NCBI GenBank assembly: GCA_965235115.1
Contig: OZ249446.1
Location: 7,688,001 to 7,752,000 of the forward strand
Origin: Laetmonice hystrix
Lineage: Eukaryota
DNA length: 64,000 nt
Direction of reading: 5' to 3'
In this document: positions 12,599-25,803 of the stretch, piece after piece
Numbering within the stretch: position 1 is the first letter of the stretch
Layout of the letters: each line of letters starts with the position of its first letter
Notes under the pieces: generated by a model
Told to the model about the DNA's origin: nothing
Database searches by the model: none
Seen by the model: the letters and a program-made list of their open reading frames with translations, nothing else
Translations under genes and position numbers: made by a program

Positions 12599-13340
12599 CT
12601 GGTTCTTTGTACGAATTGAATTCTGGGTTCGGGTTTATAACAGCTTCTCACAGCTCTGGTTCTGGTTGTGTCTTTTAAACACTTCTATCCTCATTCATAC
12701 TCTCTATGACACGGGCAGGCTCTCTGTACAGCTAATTCTATTTCAGTAATCACGTGATAGACTGAACGGCGCGGAGAGTAAGCAAACACGGATACTACTG
12801 TCGAGTTGGAGGTGCATTAATATGATGAAACTATACTCACGTTAGCGCCCTGTTCGAGCAGTTTATTTGTTTTTTATACATTCTAGGGGAATCAACTTTC
12901 CCTTATTGGCAAAAATAGATGAAATTAAGAAATGACCTGAGTTTGTGTAGTGTTGAGATTACCGTTAAAGTAACTGGAGCCTACTTTACCCAGTTTAGAT
13001 AGTACAGGTTCCTGTTTGACCTCCTGTTTAGCCTGCCTAGCGGTTTCACTCAGTGTAACACAAAGTGCTTAATGTTGAAACTATATATATTTACGAGATC
13101 CATCAGATGGATTTGGCAGGGATGAAGAGTGCATCTCATGTTGTCATGAATATTGTATGTAGTGGGTAGGGTATACTGTCAAACATCATCGTGGCGCCTA
13201 GAATCTTTGCCACTCTCTTGACAGGATAGGGGATAGGTTTTCTCCACGTACTTAACAGGTCCGATTACGGTATTGTTTCTACCATAACGTTTACATCTAG
13301 AATCATGACGGATATTGGATGCAAGTTTGATTTAGGATAT

Positions 13341-13388
13341 CTTCTTCTTCTTCTTCTTCTTCTTCTTCTTCTTCTTCTTCTTCTTCTT

Positions 13389-13418
<30 letters not shown>
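13341..13418. repeat. (CTT)26 microsatellite
   Basis: Perfect trinucleotide run. Confidence 0.99.
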
Positions 13419-13419
<1 letters not shown>

Positions 13420-14137
13420 AAGAACAGCAGATGATGGCTTTTAACGGAAATACTTGAAAAAAAAACTCTATGCCCTTTCCTTAGAACGGGCAGTGACATG
13501 ACTTTGGATTGGCTGTCGTTTGATTAGACATACATGTATTTAAATGGGCGGTATGACGACCTCTCTGAGTTGATCTCTGTAAGCCTATAATAGAAATTGA
13601 TTTGGAGAAAATGGTTCAGTCAGGTTCTATATCTGCCACTGTCGGAAACTAAATCACCGTTTTCCTACAGCTCTTCATGCAGCATGTACCTCGCCGGAAG
13701 ATGAAGAAGTCCCAGTGGGCCGTAGGTCAACCAAACATAGGCTTGACCACCTAAAACTGTACGGGACTCCTGGACCTCTTGACCTCAAACAGGACTGTGA
13801 CCTCTGAATCCGTCTATGAGGTCATAGATGACAGGATGTTAGTGAATCGTAGATCTTTCAGAGGAGGAGTGTTCAGTGATATCACGTACGAGTGGCGATG
13901 TTTACCTTGGTGTAACACAAAATGGGAGTCTCAATCATGGGACGGCGTCGTGAAACTACCATGAAATCAATGAATGGGGTGTTTCTAACGACTGGGCCGC
14001 CTTATCCGGGCTTTCTCGTCCTAACCCCCCCCCCCCCCCCCTATCCTTCCCGCGTACGTCGGGACTGTAGGCAGTGCGGCAGCCCTATTGGTTACCTCTG
14101 ACCTAGATTCGGGGAGAGTGACGAATGACGGGTGGGG

Positions 14138-14225
14138 CGAATGGTGTGCCCCCTGGCGGGACTCCCTGAGGACGGCCCTATCAGGAGATCAAAGATTGTC
14201 AGGGACTGTGCAGCGTCAGGTTATA
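14138..14225 (+). mobile_element. Possible decayed CR1/L2 RT C-terminal fragment
   Basis: EWCAPW (cf. EYAxPVW) followed by RLSGTVQRQVI (cf. LExVQRRAxRI). Weak. Confidence 0.2.
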
Positions 14226-16734
14226 ACACAGGCTGTACACCACTTGTCGAGTAGATCTACCCATCATGTATTAGTGGACACGGTGGACGGCCAAGTTTAA
14301 AGGCGGGCAGGTTGCATCAAGTAAATACTCCACACACTCTGTGTACCTTGGGTCGTAGTGGATTGAATTTCTGATCAGTGCTTGGAGTTGGCAGTGATGG
14401 CCAGGGATTGGGTTGGGTTTCTAACCTATCTTTTCCCGTCTCATGGATGGCTCAGATAATATAAGGACAGGTAGAAGAGATAAAACGTGAGATTAAATCA
14501 GGGAAGTGAGATTTTGTTCCCGGGATTCTCGCCCAGGTTGCTCTGTGTAATGTTTCCTTGAGTTGTCAATATTACAAACACGTATTCAGTTCTAATTTCA
14601 TGTCATTTCCTCGGTAATCTCCGCAAAGTTTCATGTGTCGTTGTCCTTTCAGTCGACGGAAGCCACTGTAAGCAACCTATAAACATTGTTGAGCTGCCTT
14701 CAATGCGGCAATTAAAATGTATTCCATATCTTGACGACCGTGTATTCTACCTATATGACAATCTGATTTCATTACTAAAAATTACACAAATTCTGGGTGC
14801 GTCACAAACTGCAGTCACCTTTTGATCTGTGCAGACATTTCTCCCGCCCGCTATGACTTGGAGCTTGTCGGAGCTGTGATAAATCGTGATCAAAAGGCCA
14901 ACAAAACGGTATTTATGTTAATGTACGACTGTAGATCTATTTTACTATTAAACAAGCTGATCATCCCATTAGCTAAGAGAGAAGCGCGTTCTAGAGTGTG
15001 GTTTTAGTCATTAGGTCCAGACGTGACCAAAATAGGATGCGGGGCCTACTTCTAGTCCCCATTTGCATACACTACTTCGTTCTGCACCTTTCTGAATTGT
15101 GTCACTTACTAATAAAAATTTACAAAGTGAGGATAGAATTATACAAAGATTGCATCATCTTCAGATTTTGCAGCTGTGCAATGTGTAATGTTACATCTGA
15201 GTGAGCTTTCTTAATGTTCCCTTTGACGATTGTTCTGCTGATGTTGTCAAAGTAGCCTTGTAAGAGTGCCAATGCCGCACGCGTTTGAAAGTCTTTGGAA
15301 AGGATCAGATCAAAGGTTCGGGGATGTCTGTTAGACTCCGCTTATAGATTCACAGTGGATTTATCATAGCAGAGTACAGGACCTATGACAAATAATATTA
15401 CTGAAGACAAATTCTAATATTCAGCAAGACGGCATGTCAATCCGTGAAAAGTCATGGCTAAAGATAGTGGGTGACATTTAACTTGCATGAGCTTGGTACC
15501 CCTTTAAATAATTACAGTGCAAGTCGGCACACGTGGCAGCCTGTTAAGCATGAGTTCTCAGGGGAGTTCTTTATAAAGCAGCCAGGGCAGGAGTCGGATG
15601 AATGAATGCGATAGAAGGAGGGGTAAATGGAAGGGTAGGGTAGAACAGCGGGCGTGGTGGGGCTAAGCGATCACCTTCAACTAGTCCAATCTTCAGCCAG
15701 GCCAGACCAATCGATCAATCCTGTTGAAGATTTGGACGTAGACCTGAGAGCTGGGCTGTATCGGAACATCTCTGTCCCAGGTGATGTTGGAGTGGTCGGG
15801 TTATGGATTAACTTGAGGGAACGCCGGTGCTGAAGTTTATTGCATGGGTGTTAATCTTGCAGGAGATGATCTCTTTCTCCGCCAGTGCCAGGTCACTGTG
15901 GTCAGGAGATGCAATTATTTCCATCATAATGGGAAATCCATGGAGGATGCGAAATAAAGTGCTCGAAAAGGTCGGAAACCGCAGCTGGCCATGATTGATT
16001 TTATTCCATTTTTTTAGGTTGGGTCCTTTTTCTTGGGGTTTGTTCTTCTTTTGTCATGTTTGGTAAAGTTGTCCGGTTAATCCTCATTAACAATAACTGT
16101 AATGTTAACGATTTGAAAGATGGACCTGGTAAACACAGCAGCACTTGCCGTAAAGGGACTGTAAGCTGAATGTTTTTTTTTACAGCGCTACAATGGCCGA
16201 CTCTTGAAAAAAAGGAGCAAAAATGTCTACCTTGCAGGTCGTCACCCTAGGCTAGCCCAATTTGTATCTGCTATTGTACACATGATTACTTGTGATATAG
16301 AAGATGGAGTACCAGAAAATACTGTATTGTGAATGGTTGCTAAGCACAATACAACCATTAGTGCTGATGTACATGTTACCACATGAACCAGGGAGAGCCA
16401 ACATAGAAAGGCCGAGTAGTGTGCTGCAGTCTCATTTGTATTTAGTGACATGCTGATAAATAAGAAAAACAATGTAGCCGTTTGTAGCAGTCAGCCCCGC
16501 GGAGAAACCAGCCATTTCGCGCCAAAATGAGAGCTAAGCTGTAAACTAATGGCATATCAGTATTGCATGAAATCGGTTTATTATGGACGCGGGCTGCCAT
16601 GTAAAGAGTAATGAAGGGTGCTAATAGGGAATCTAGCCCTGGAGTCAGAGGTCCTTGATTGTAATCCCAGCACATTATGCAGTATGATCAGTCAGGCACG
16701 TTGTTTTATCGGGCAGGCTCGTAACGTCTGGGCG

Positions 16735-16810
16735 TCACGTGACGGACGCTTCCTTCATCTCGCTGCCAAGCGGCCATGATTATGTATTCCGGGCAGACAG
16801 CGGAAAGAAG
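16735..16810. promoter_or_regulatory. CpG-rich motif cluster (E-box GTCACGTGAC, YY1-like GCGGCCATG, ETS-like TTCCGG)
   Basis: Motifs are visible in the sequence, but no linked gene was found. May be transposon-internal. Confidence 0.2.
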
Positions 16811-18049
16811 ACCGCGAGGGGGATTCAGGTTAATCTCTTGGCTTGCTTCACTAAAAAATTATCCAAGTTTTGTCAGATTTGGGCGAAGAAAAAGTCGGTA
16901 AAATTACAAAAGAACCGGCGTTTATCACTTTATGGCGAAATGTGAAAAGGCTTTTTCTTCTTCGCTCGGTATGTTTGTCAAACTGTCAAAGCATTGTCAT
17001 ATTCAGCGGTGTTTTCCTCCTTTTGTGTCCAGTGTAATAGGAAATGGAAGGTGATGATTTAGACATCCTGAGGACAACCAAAGTGAAAGGTTTGTTAGTT
17101 TACAGAGTAATGTGATCCGTACATGCTCTTTTCTCATGAATGTTTTATCCGGGTCGATGTTTTGCAAGTTTTCTTTCAATTTGTAGTAAATCGCTGTTTC
17201 TGGCAGACTTGTCTTTGCATTTTTTGTAAACCTTGCCTCTTTAAAAAAATGTGATGTGGTTTAATATCTCCAGCGAACGTTGACACCTTTGAAATAAATC
17301 AGAGGAGTTTTAAGCTCTTTCTCCGAACACATCAAACATGCAGCACCCACAGCCTGGAGGTGGTATCATCAGGGATTACCCATCTCCCGCACTAGACACG
17401 CGTCCCGTGAGACCAACGATTAAAGTTCGCCTCACACTTGGCATCCGTTGGCCAGCTGCAAAACTCTACGTCCCCAGAGTTTGGGCGTATTTTAGGTGTT
17501 CGCTTCGATATCAGAGCGGCAGCTTCAAAGGGCGGCGCTGAGCCTGACGGGACGTGGTCCCAGCAGCTGAACACCCGCCGCCGACACGGAGTAGATTCGC
17601 CTGTTTGTAAGCCGACAGAACGGGAAAGGTAAAGCCAGAATGGGCGGCTCCTCACGACACTGGCTTCATGTCAGTGTTGGGGACCGGGCCATTGTTGGAG
17701 GATGGAAAGCGGCCACTAATGAAGGTCTCATTGATTGTGTGTTTCATGGCGGGAAGAGTTGCAGCGCAACGGCAGGTGATCAATTCTGGTAATGAACCGA
17801 CAGCAGTATCCAAGGAAATGGTTTCTCTCTCCTCCAGGCCAATGTAGCTTCTAATCCTAGTTAACGCTGGCTTTTAAACAAGTCTTTTTCAAAGAAAGTC
17901 GACCAGACAAAGCGAATGGTGTGTCCTAAGACGAGATATGGATAGATCGGAACTTTAATTTAGTCCCCATTGAGGAGTTGCGTTGTGGATGGATTTTTGT
18001 GGCAGTGCTCTTAAAGATCTCGGAAGTGTTAAAGCTGATCTGTTTGTCA

Positions 18050-18508
18050 GAGTAGAACCTGTCACAGCTGGCCAGTGGTGGGGAGGGTTGGGGTTGGGAA
18101 GCTGGGTTTCTGAGCAGGCTGGGTAGAGCTGTAGGCTGTCCCCGGTAATGGTCACTTTCAGAAGTTTGATGTCCATTGTTTTATCACATTGTGTCCCTGT
18201 GTTCCCTTAAGGGGCGGCTCCTCCGTGGGCATGCAGTTCCTCTAGGTGAATGATGGTGTGTTTGTACAGCTGTAACTGTGGGGACTGTTCGTCTTCTAGT
18301 GGCTTGCAGTCAGCTTTGCTGGAACTTCACACCACAGTAAAATGTTAGCAGAAAGGGCAGGTAATATTAGAAACATGTGGGAAGGTAGAGTGGACCTGCA
18401 GGAAGTTGAAGGTCGTCCGTTAGTATCTGACCTGGAAGATAATGGCCAAGGAGACGGCCTGGGAAGGGGGTGGTTCGAGCGGACGTTGTACAGGGCTAGC
18501 GACGGAAT
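18050..18508 (-). mobile_element. Decayed LINE apurinic endonuclease (APE) remnant, L2/Rex-like
   Basis: In order on the minus strand: IPSLALYNVRS (cf. LPSILLxNVRS), VTITGD (cf. IIxGDFN), PTTG...CDRFYS (cf. PTRG..LD..Y). Frameshifted. Confidence 0.35.
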
Positions 18509-21500
18509 GCTGCTGTTACCCGCCACAGTTTTATGAATCATATGTGACAGCTGAAAAACCACAGAAAGTTCTCAGCCGTAGGCAACTATCTTGTGTCACC
18601 TCAGGAGACTGTCTAGTAGCATCTCCCTGAGGTCATCCAGTGCAGATGAGGCTGGCACGGTGAAAACTCCCATAATTTGTTGGTTATTGTTTCACATTAC
18701 GGTGGCATCAGGAGGTATAGAGTATAGAATATCTCTTTTCTCATATCTCTCCCACCTTCCTACTTTTCCTGTAAAAAAAAAGTCAGCCTTGGTGGCACAG
18801 GTCGTAATTGCTGTCTGCAGGTGCCTCTATTTACCCAGAGGTGGTTCATCATTAAGGCAGTGGCGTGCGTTTTAAGAGGGGTTTCCTAGAACTAGAAAAT
18901 CCTCATTACTGAGTGTCTTGTAACATCTGTCTGAATAAGCAATTTAGGGATAGATAATTGTGGAGAAAAGGGCGGGGCCGAGTTGGGGTGGGGCTAAGGG
19001 TGGCTTGGGTCAGTCGTCTGATTGCTTGGACCAGACAGGTCGTCGGCGGTGGACTATCTTCTTAAAGGTTGAACGGTAGACATCACTGCCTTGACTTGGT
19101 ACTCATCATCCAGTCGGTAGCCAGGGCCAACCGGCGTCAGGTTCTTTCATCATCTCCAAGGTTGATATCAGCTAGGAATAAGTGAAGTTTGAAACAGATT
19201 ATGAGCAGGTACTTCCAACCTTTCACAGGTTGTCTACCCAGGGGCAAGTCAAACTCGCTCTGTGTCAAAATTGGCGGGAAACACAGAGCAGCCCGATTTG
19301 TTGGAATCTTTGTAGTATGTGGAAACTTCAACCGTTCAACGGTATTTCTTGGGCCATGTACAGAAAGACAAACGGGAAAACTTTAGTTGAATATCCTGGT
19401 CCATATAATACCAGGTAAAGACGGAAAGAATGACAAATGGATTTAAAAGATATCGATGGCTGCTAGAATAATATTGATGTGGTAACTTGTCAGATAACCT
19501 TTTAGCCAAGTTTAATCAAGTCTCAGGTGGTCTGAGAAGCAAACCTATAGTCCCGTTCCAAGGACGCCCGTCACACTCTATGTCCCTGGGCTGTCACCGG
19601 CTAACACAGCAAGGACAGCTATAGAACGGTCGACCACCCAGTCTCAAATAATGGTGGTCAGAACATGTAGGTCGGCTGTCAGAGGCTGGACCCCCCCCCC
19701 CCCCCCGACAAACGAGCTCTTCCATGGTATTTGGTCATTATAGGTGTGAGGTATCAGCAAACAGCACACTGTAGCCGTATAGGGGGATACTGAGGCAGAT
19801 CAACCCGTACAGCAACGGTTGCACATATACATTACGTAATAACCAGACAACCAACTCGTAAAAACAGAAGATTCTCTTATTTTATCACCGCAACCAATGG
19901 TCAAAACGGTGTGCAGTATTGACCATTCGGTTCCTTTTCAGCTCTTAACTTGTATAACGTAAGTGTACACTTTCAGTGTACACGTACGACTAGCGTCTTT
20001 GCACTCATTCTTTCATGGTGTCTCAATTATGCGGGATCCATTGTATTGTTAAACAGAATGACGATAAAGTCTTGATATTATCCAGAATTACAAACTCGAC
20101 AGGTAATGCGGCAGGATTACTGAACGTAATTACATGGGTAATGATTTAGATTACACTTGTCGTAAAACAAACATAAATCTCACCTATCCATTAGACTAAC
20201 ATTTTCCGTTTGAGCACTTTTCATTATAATCAAATATATAAGGTATTTATGAGGAATTATACCATAAATGCCAAAATTTAAGAGAAGGCCTGGCGTTTGT
20301 TAGTGGTTTCTCGTTTTGTTTTTGTATGTTCCTCTTACTTTTTTTTTGTGGATAGTACAAGATAAAGAGTTTTCATTGACAGCCCAAAAGATGATGTCGT
20401 AATACAACTGCAGCACCAGCGGAAGTGCCGTTATTGTAGAGCTGATCTGCTTTTGTCCGTCTTTATAGTTTTTGTAATTATTTCCACGTCAGTTGGCGGC
20501 ATTTAAATGAGTAGATCTGAATGTCACTGGCGTTTGGCGTTTCCCATCCGTGTTTTGCATTCGCCTCCTTTGACCCGTGGTCTTGATGTAAATGGCAGGT
20601 CCCTAATGGTGCACCGTCCCAGTGGGCCGGCTGACCGAGGTGCATTGTGGGTACCGTTGTGGTCGTAAAGCAGCGGCTGTCATGCTCCCTCATTCCGACA
20701 CACACCGCCAGGGGATGGGTGCTGCCCGGGAACGCCATCCCATCATGCAACTTTGCTGCTGCGGAGCCTCGTTATGGCTCATCTACAGGTGTTCTACAAA
20801 TGGAGCCAATTACCATGGCAACAAAAGTGGTAGAATATTGCGAGGCAGTGTAGAGAAACCCTTAGGCTGTCAAAGCTCTCAGAGAATACCCACTGGGGTA
20901 CATTGGAGTTCATCAAGCCAATACGAGAGCATTTCATTGTCTCTATATCAGGAAACTGCTCTTCACTAGGAACCCGGGACACGTGCTCAAGGCTGTGTAG
21001 GGAGCAGTCCGACCAAGCTGAAGTATGCGTATTCTATCCAGAGTTCTGTGTTTGAGTTTAAATGCAAGACGGTGTTTCTGTAGAAATGATATTGATGGGG
21101 AAAGATGTCATGTAAATGCGGAGAGATGAAGCGCGGGTCGCACGGCGGCGGGTGATAGAATGTAGACGATACATACCGAGACAATCTGATAATTCAGACG
21201 CCGGCGGCCCGGCTTGCATTCACATCTTACAGCAGTAGTAGCCACTGATGTGTGAGTAACGGGAAAATAATTGTGCGTCTTCCAACTCTTAATGCACTCA
21301 GATCTAATAAGGTAAACGTCCTGGACAGTTACAAACTTTATGAACCGCCGTTTCCTGATCGGAATACTTGTTTCTCAGGGAGTCTGGTTGTGAAGCTGGT
21401 GACAGAGCTGAAATGATAATTGGGATGATGATTCGTGCGTGGCATGATCTGATAAACTTGGCTGTGCTGTGATTGGTAACAGGTTATTTTTACCCCATGC

Positions 21501-21667
21501 CACACGACATTGCTGTCTGTCTGAATGTCAGGTCAAACTTGTGTAGGACACCTGGTGGCAAACATCAACACCAACTGCCCCATCCACATAGCTGATGAGA
21601 CCCGGCCAGGCCGATCTTGCTTTATTCTGTTCTGGGGCCTTATTCACAAAGCATACGCAGGACTTAA

Positions 21668-22196
21668 AGGGGCATGCTATGGAACACGTTTTGGAGGATT
21701 TCCGGCAATTGTCCAACATGACCGTGTACTAGGGATCCAAGTAAATAATCCTACCACAGCATTTTGTCCTCTGACGTGTTTTCGCTGCGTATGCAGCACA
21801 AGTAGGTTCTATACGACCAAACCTATAGATTTCTCCCGATAGCACATCTCCCGCCATAATTTGGTAGACAGCCTGTCAACAAACCGTGTCATCGCGTACT
21901 GCGTCACATCCTGCGTGTGCACTCTCTGCCTGTGCTTACTCACATGCTTCGTTTAGTTGAAAACAATTGAGCAGTTGCACTCGATCGTCTGGCATCAGAA
22001 TGCCACCAAAAAAAATATTTTACGAAATCGGCAGAGGAGCGGGCAAGGGAGCTTCATAAACTTCGATTTCTCACGCAAAATGAAACTGATAAGTCTGTCT
22101 TTGTTTACCAAGCAATTTTAATGAAGGATCTCTTTATGAAAACAGCAAAAGTTCTTTGAAATACCGATTTTTCACGTTTCCTCATAATATGCCCCT
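21668..22196. mobile_element. Kolobok-like non-autonomous DNA transposon
   Basis: TTAA on both sides (21664-21667, 22197-22200). TIRs aggggcatgctatg / cataatatgcccct (12/14 match). An RR-starting TIR with a TTAA TSD fits Kolobok. Confidence 0.5.
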
Positions 22197-24159
22197 TTAA
22201 ATAGATGCATAATAATAATTTGCGCGGGTCCGCAAGTCGTGGATGCCTCAGATAGGTTATAAGTTGGTCAGGTGTAACATACGGCCGATTGTAGGATCAA
22301 TTCAGCCGTCTCTTGGGCCGACCTGGGGGGACCATTGTCAAGGTGAAACGATAGATGGCGGTATATTGTAAAAAAATTAATTGGAAGCCATTTTATAGGC
22401 ACGGTGTTGTAGAAATCAATTTCAAACCGTTTTAGAGCACGGATATAAATAATGGTTGATTGACAGTAATCAGAATTATTCAGAATGAGAACTGGAATAG
22501 TTCGTCTGTTATTGTCGCTGTGTTATAAATGTACGCGATATTTTATTGATGTTGAATTTTCTCTCAAATGCCTTATTTTATTGTTTCAGAATATCAGACC
22601 TGTGTGACTCACAGTGAATAAGGTATGATATGAACGCCCTTCAGGCAGTATTCATATAGTAATCATCCACATCGTGTATTTTCATTTGTCTAGAATCGTT
22701 CCTTGAAATTAGAAATGTCAGAAACGTGGTGTATTTTCATGTCGTTCCATATAGTAATAATAAATTTTACCACTCAGAGAGCGTGGCTTCAGAAAGAGCC
22801 CAATACAATAACCTTTCAGGAGGGGTTATTTTACAGCGTGTATCTCCACCCGTTTTTCACCACGATTTTTAACATAAAAGGAGACTGTCACTATTCAGTG
22901 AGATTATAAGTTTGAAACAGAGGAAGGCGGGTTGGGGTGTGAGGATAGTGTGAGAAAATCTTCAGATCTCTGATGGTGAAGATATTCAGTGATTGAAAAA
23001 TGCAACCGGCACCAGGCACTTAACCTAGGGAAAATGGCAGGTAAGCCGGTGTCAGTTATCCCATCGAGGTTTCTGTTAACAGTGTGTATCAGTTGAAAAA
23101 ACACATTTCCCCCCACAAGTTCTTCCTTTGGAGAATTGTGCAAGATAATGGGACATACAGCGTGTACATGTAATATAACCCTTTGATGCCGGTATGTTTT
23201 GTCCACATAAAAGGGTAATTTTAAACCACCTATAGGCCTATATGGAGGACTAGATGATATACACCTGGGTCACTTTCCCCTGACTGCTTACTTCTCATCC
23301 CCACCCCACCGTTCTTTGTCGTGGGAATATGATCATGGATTTACCCCCACGCTGTCTTGCTAATCCCTGCCAGCAGCTGGCTGATCCGAAATGACTGGTG
23401 CTAATCCGATGAGGGTTCATATTCACCGCAGTGGCGCAGTCCTGCTCGCCGAGTGGGGAGTATTTACGATTTTCATGTTTCATCAAGTGCAGTTTTCTGG
23501 CGGCAACTGATGACAGAACGTGGGCCGTGCCGTAAAAAAGGACAAGCTGGGAGTTTGAGGAAGATTGGGCACTGAATGAAAGTGGTCGAGAAGCTTTGAT
23601 CATGAAGGCGTAATTTCAGGAGTCTGTTTGGTGTTACATGACACGAGAAGCCGGAGTTGTATTAAGGCACGGCATACAACAATTATCATGAATTTGATGG
23701 ATGGCTCCATGGGATGGACGGCTCCCGTCATCGAAACGGAATCATGATTGATCAAAGTGATTGATAAAAAAAACACCAAAAAAACCACACACATTCCAAC
23801 TGGTACAGCGACTCGCTTCAATTTGTAGCAATTTCCAATGCGTATAAATATTTGGCAGTTATTCGCAGCGCAGCCAGTAGACCTCCCACATGGCAAAATG
23901 ATTGGTCCACGGCAGCAGCTGAAGACTTTGTTTTAAAAAGGGTTCAAAGTTGGACTTGTCATCGAAAGGGGTAGCTGACACCACAGGCCGATGGTAGAAC
24001 TGGTTCTTGTCACGTAAAGGCTGACTTGCCCGGGTCTGAGAGGGAAACCAGGGTCTAAGCGGAAGTTTGCAGTCGCTCGGTTTGCAAGAGTTGAAGAATC
24101 TGAACGAGAAATAAGCCGAGAAGTATTTGACCTTTGACGTCAAGAGCTGAAACTGAATA

Positions 24160-24260
24160 CTCTCCTGCTCCTGCTCCTCCTCTTCCTGCATCTTCTCTTC
24201 CTGCTCCTGCCCACCTCCTTCACCACGTCCTTCTCCTCTTCCTTACTTCTCCTTCTCCCT
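24160..24260. repeat. CT-rich low-complexity tract
   Basis: Near-pure polypyrimidine run (ctcctgctcctgctcctcctcttcc...). Confidence 0.9.
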
Positions 24261-24467
24261 ATCATTACTCCCACAAGTCATGCAAATTGGACTGAACAAA
24301 TTACTAAATTCGAAAAGAACTTCTTGCCGTGGAAATGACTAATAGTTTGCCGACAGAGCGCAAAGCGAGCAATCCACAATGTATTAACTAGAACGGGTAA
24401 AGGCGCGGCAGGAATCTTTCAAACGACACCGGTATCCGAGTGTCGCTGGGGTTGTGGCGTCAGACAG

Positions 24468-24720
24468 GTCGTCTCACCTTACGGTGTCGGTAAGAATAAT
24501 ACCCAGGAGTTCAGGCAGGATCCCAGGTGTGGATGTCAATGTACAGGTCGTCTACATTATCATGTCTCACTCGGAGTTTGTCAAGTTTCCCAAAGTCAGC
24601 AACCTGATGAGGTAATTCCGGCATAAAAATTCTTTAAACAAGACGTCTTTTAACTAGTATGCTGTTGTACTTTACAAGCTGTGAGGGGCTGTAGAGTCTT
24701 TCATCAGTGATAAAAAGACA
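24468..24720 (-). mobile_element. Decayed LINE RT C-terminal remnant (L2/Rex/CR1-like)
   Basis: Minus strand, in order: LVKYNS (cf. LVKYADD), VADFGK (cf. IVDFRK), LLGIILTDTVR*DD (cf. LLGVxIxxDLxWxxH). Confidence 0.35.
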
Positions 24721-25803
24721 CCTCTTTGAGGACATGGCCATAGCCTTTGATCATCTACTAGTCATAGTAGAGACAGGAGTGCTTCTTCATGAACGTACCA
24801 TCTGTGGCTCTACTGGACCAAACAACATTCTTGTCTCCAACTGACAAGTAGGGTGGTGGCTGTGGGGGTAGTTTCTTTACCAAGGACGGTGTGCCATATT
24901 AAGCCAGCAAGGCACCGGGTTCATGGTGGCAGTATGACCCCCTGCATTCAGGGATTCCATCAGGTGTGTCAGATGCCAACTGCGGGGGTACCAGCTGCCA
25001 ACAGTGAGTGTGTCGGTTGCCAACAGCGACGAGATGGACAATTGACAGCGGAATTGACGACGTTGATAAGTTGGAAGACGTTTTCAGAAGGTGGGCGTTC
25101 AGTGGCATGGCGTGGCCTTGAAAACATCAGTTTCAACCCGAAGCCATGCTGTCTGAATAAAGCGAAATAATCCCTCATCATCCGGCCCCGTGATTGGAGA
25201 CGCCGTGCCGTGGAGATCCCCATTACAGTAATTAATGCCCGGTGACATTTTTGTGTTTCAATGTCCGCATTACGACATGGCTTCAAACCTGTGGGTGGCA
25301 CGATCCATCCACCAACTTTCTGGTATATTACATGACCGCTGTAGCCAGAACTAATTATAACGGGATTGTGAGGAATGGGAATCGCTTGGGGTAAAAACCT
25401 GAATGATTGCATCAGGGTTTTGGGGGATGTATTTTGAAGTTAAAAAAAACACTTTCAAAGGAAGCTCCGATCCTTCCAAGCCGTATCATTGGCATGCCCA
25501 TCTCACAGGTTATTCATCGTTTGTTACCCCCGGCAACAGGCTCAATATTTGTTAGCAGCAAACTACCCTCGAGGTGAGGCGTCTAGACCTCGGTGTATAC
25601 TGGGTGTCGTTGTTCAGGGTTTAGAATGTGCAGACATGGGTGTGAAAACGTAAGATCACATCTGGTAACTCTGTCCTAGATATCGGAGCAAGGCTTATAT
25701 TCACTGATCTGTAAGTAAGATTTAACAGATGAGTTGAGTCTTTGACCTACTGCTTAAGGCAATAGGACATGGCCATCTCTTCACAGAAGTCCTTTATGCT
25801 GGT

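Noticed and set aside
19189-19386. APE motif FVVCGNFN
   Set aside because: A single motif with no other recognisable APE motifs in order.
21700-21800. LINE RT motif (VLGIQVNN, STSRFY)
   Set aside because: It falls inside the TTAA-flanked Kolobok-like element and is likely a chance resemblance.
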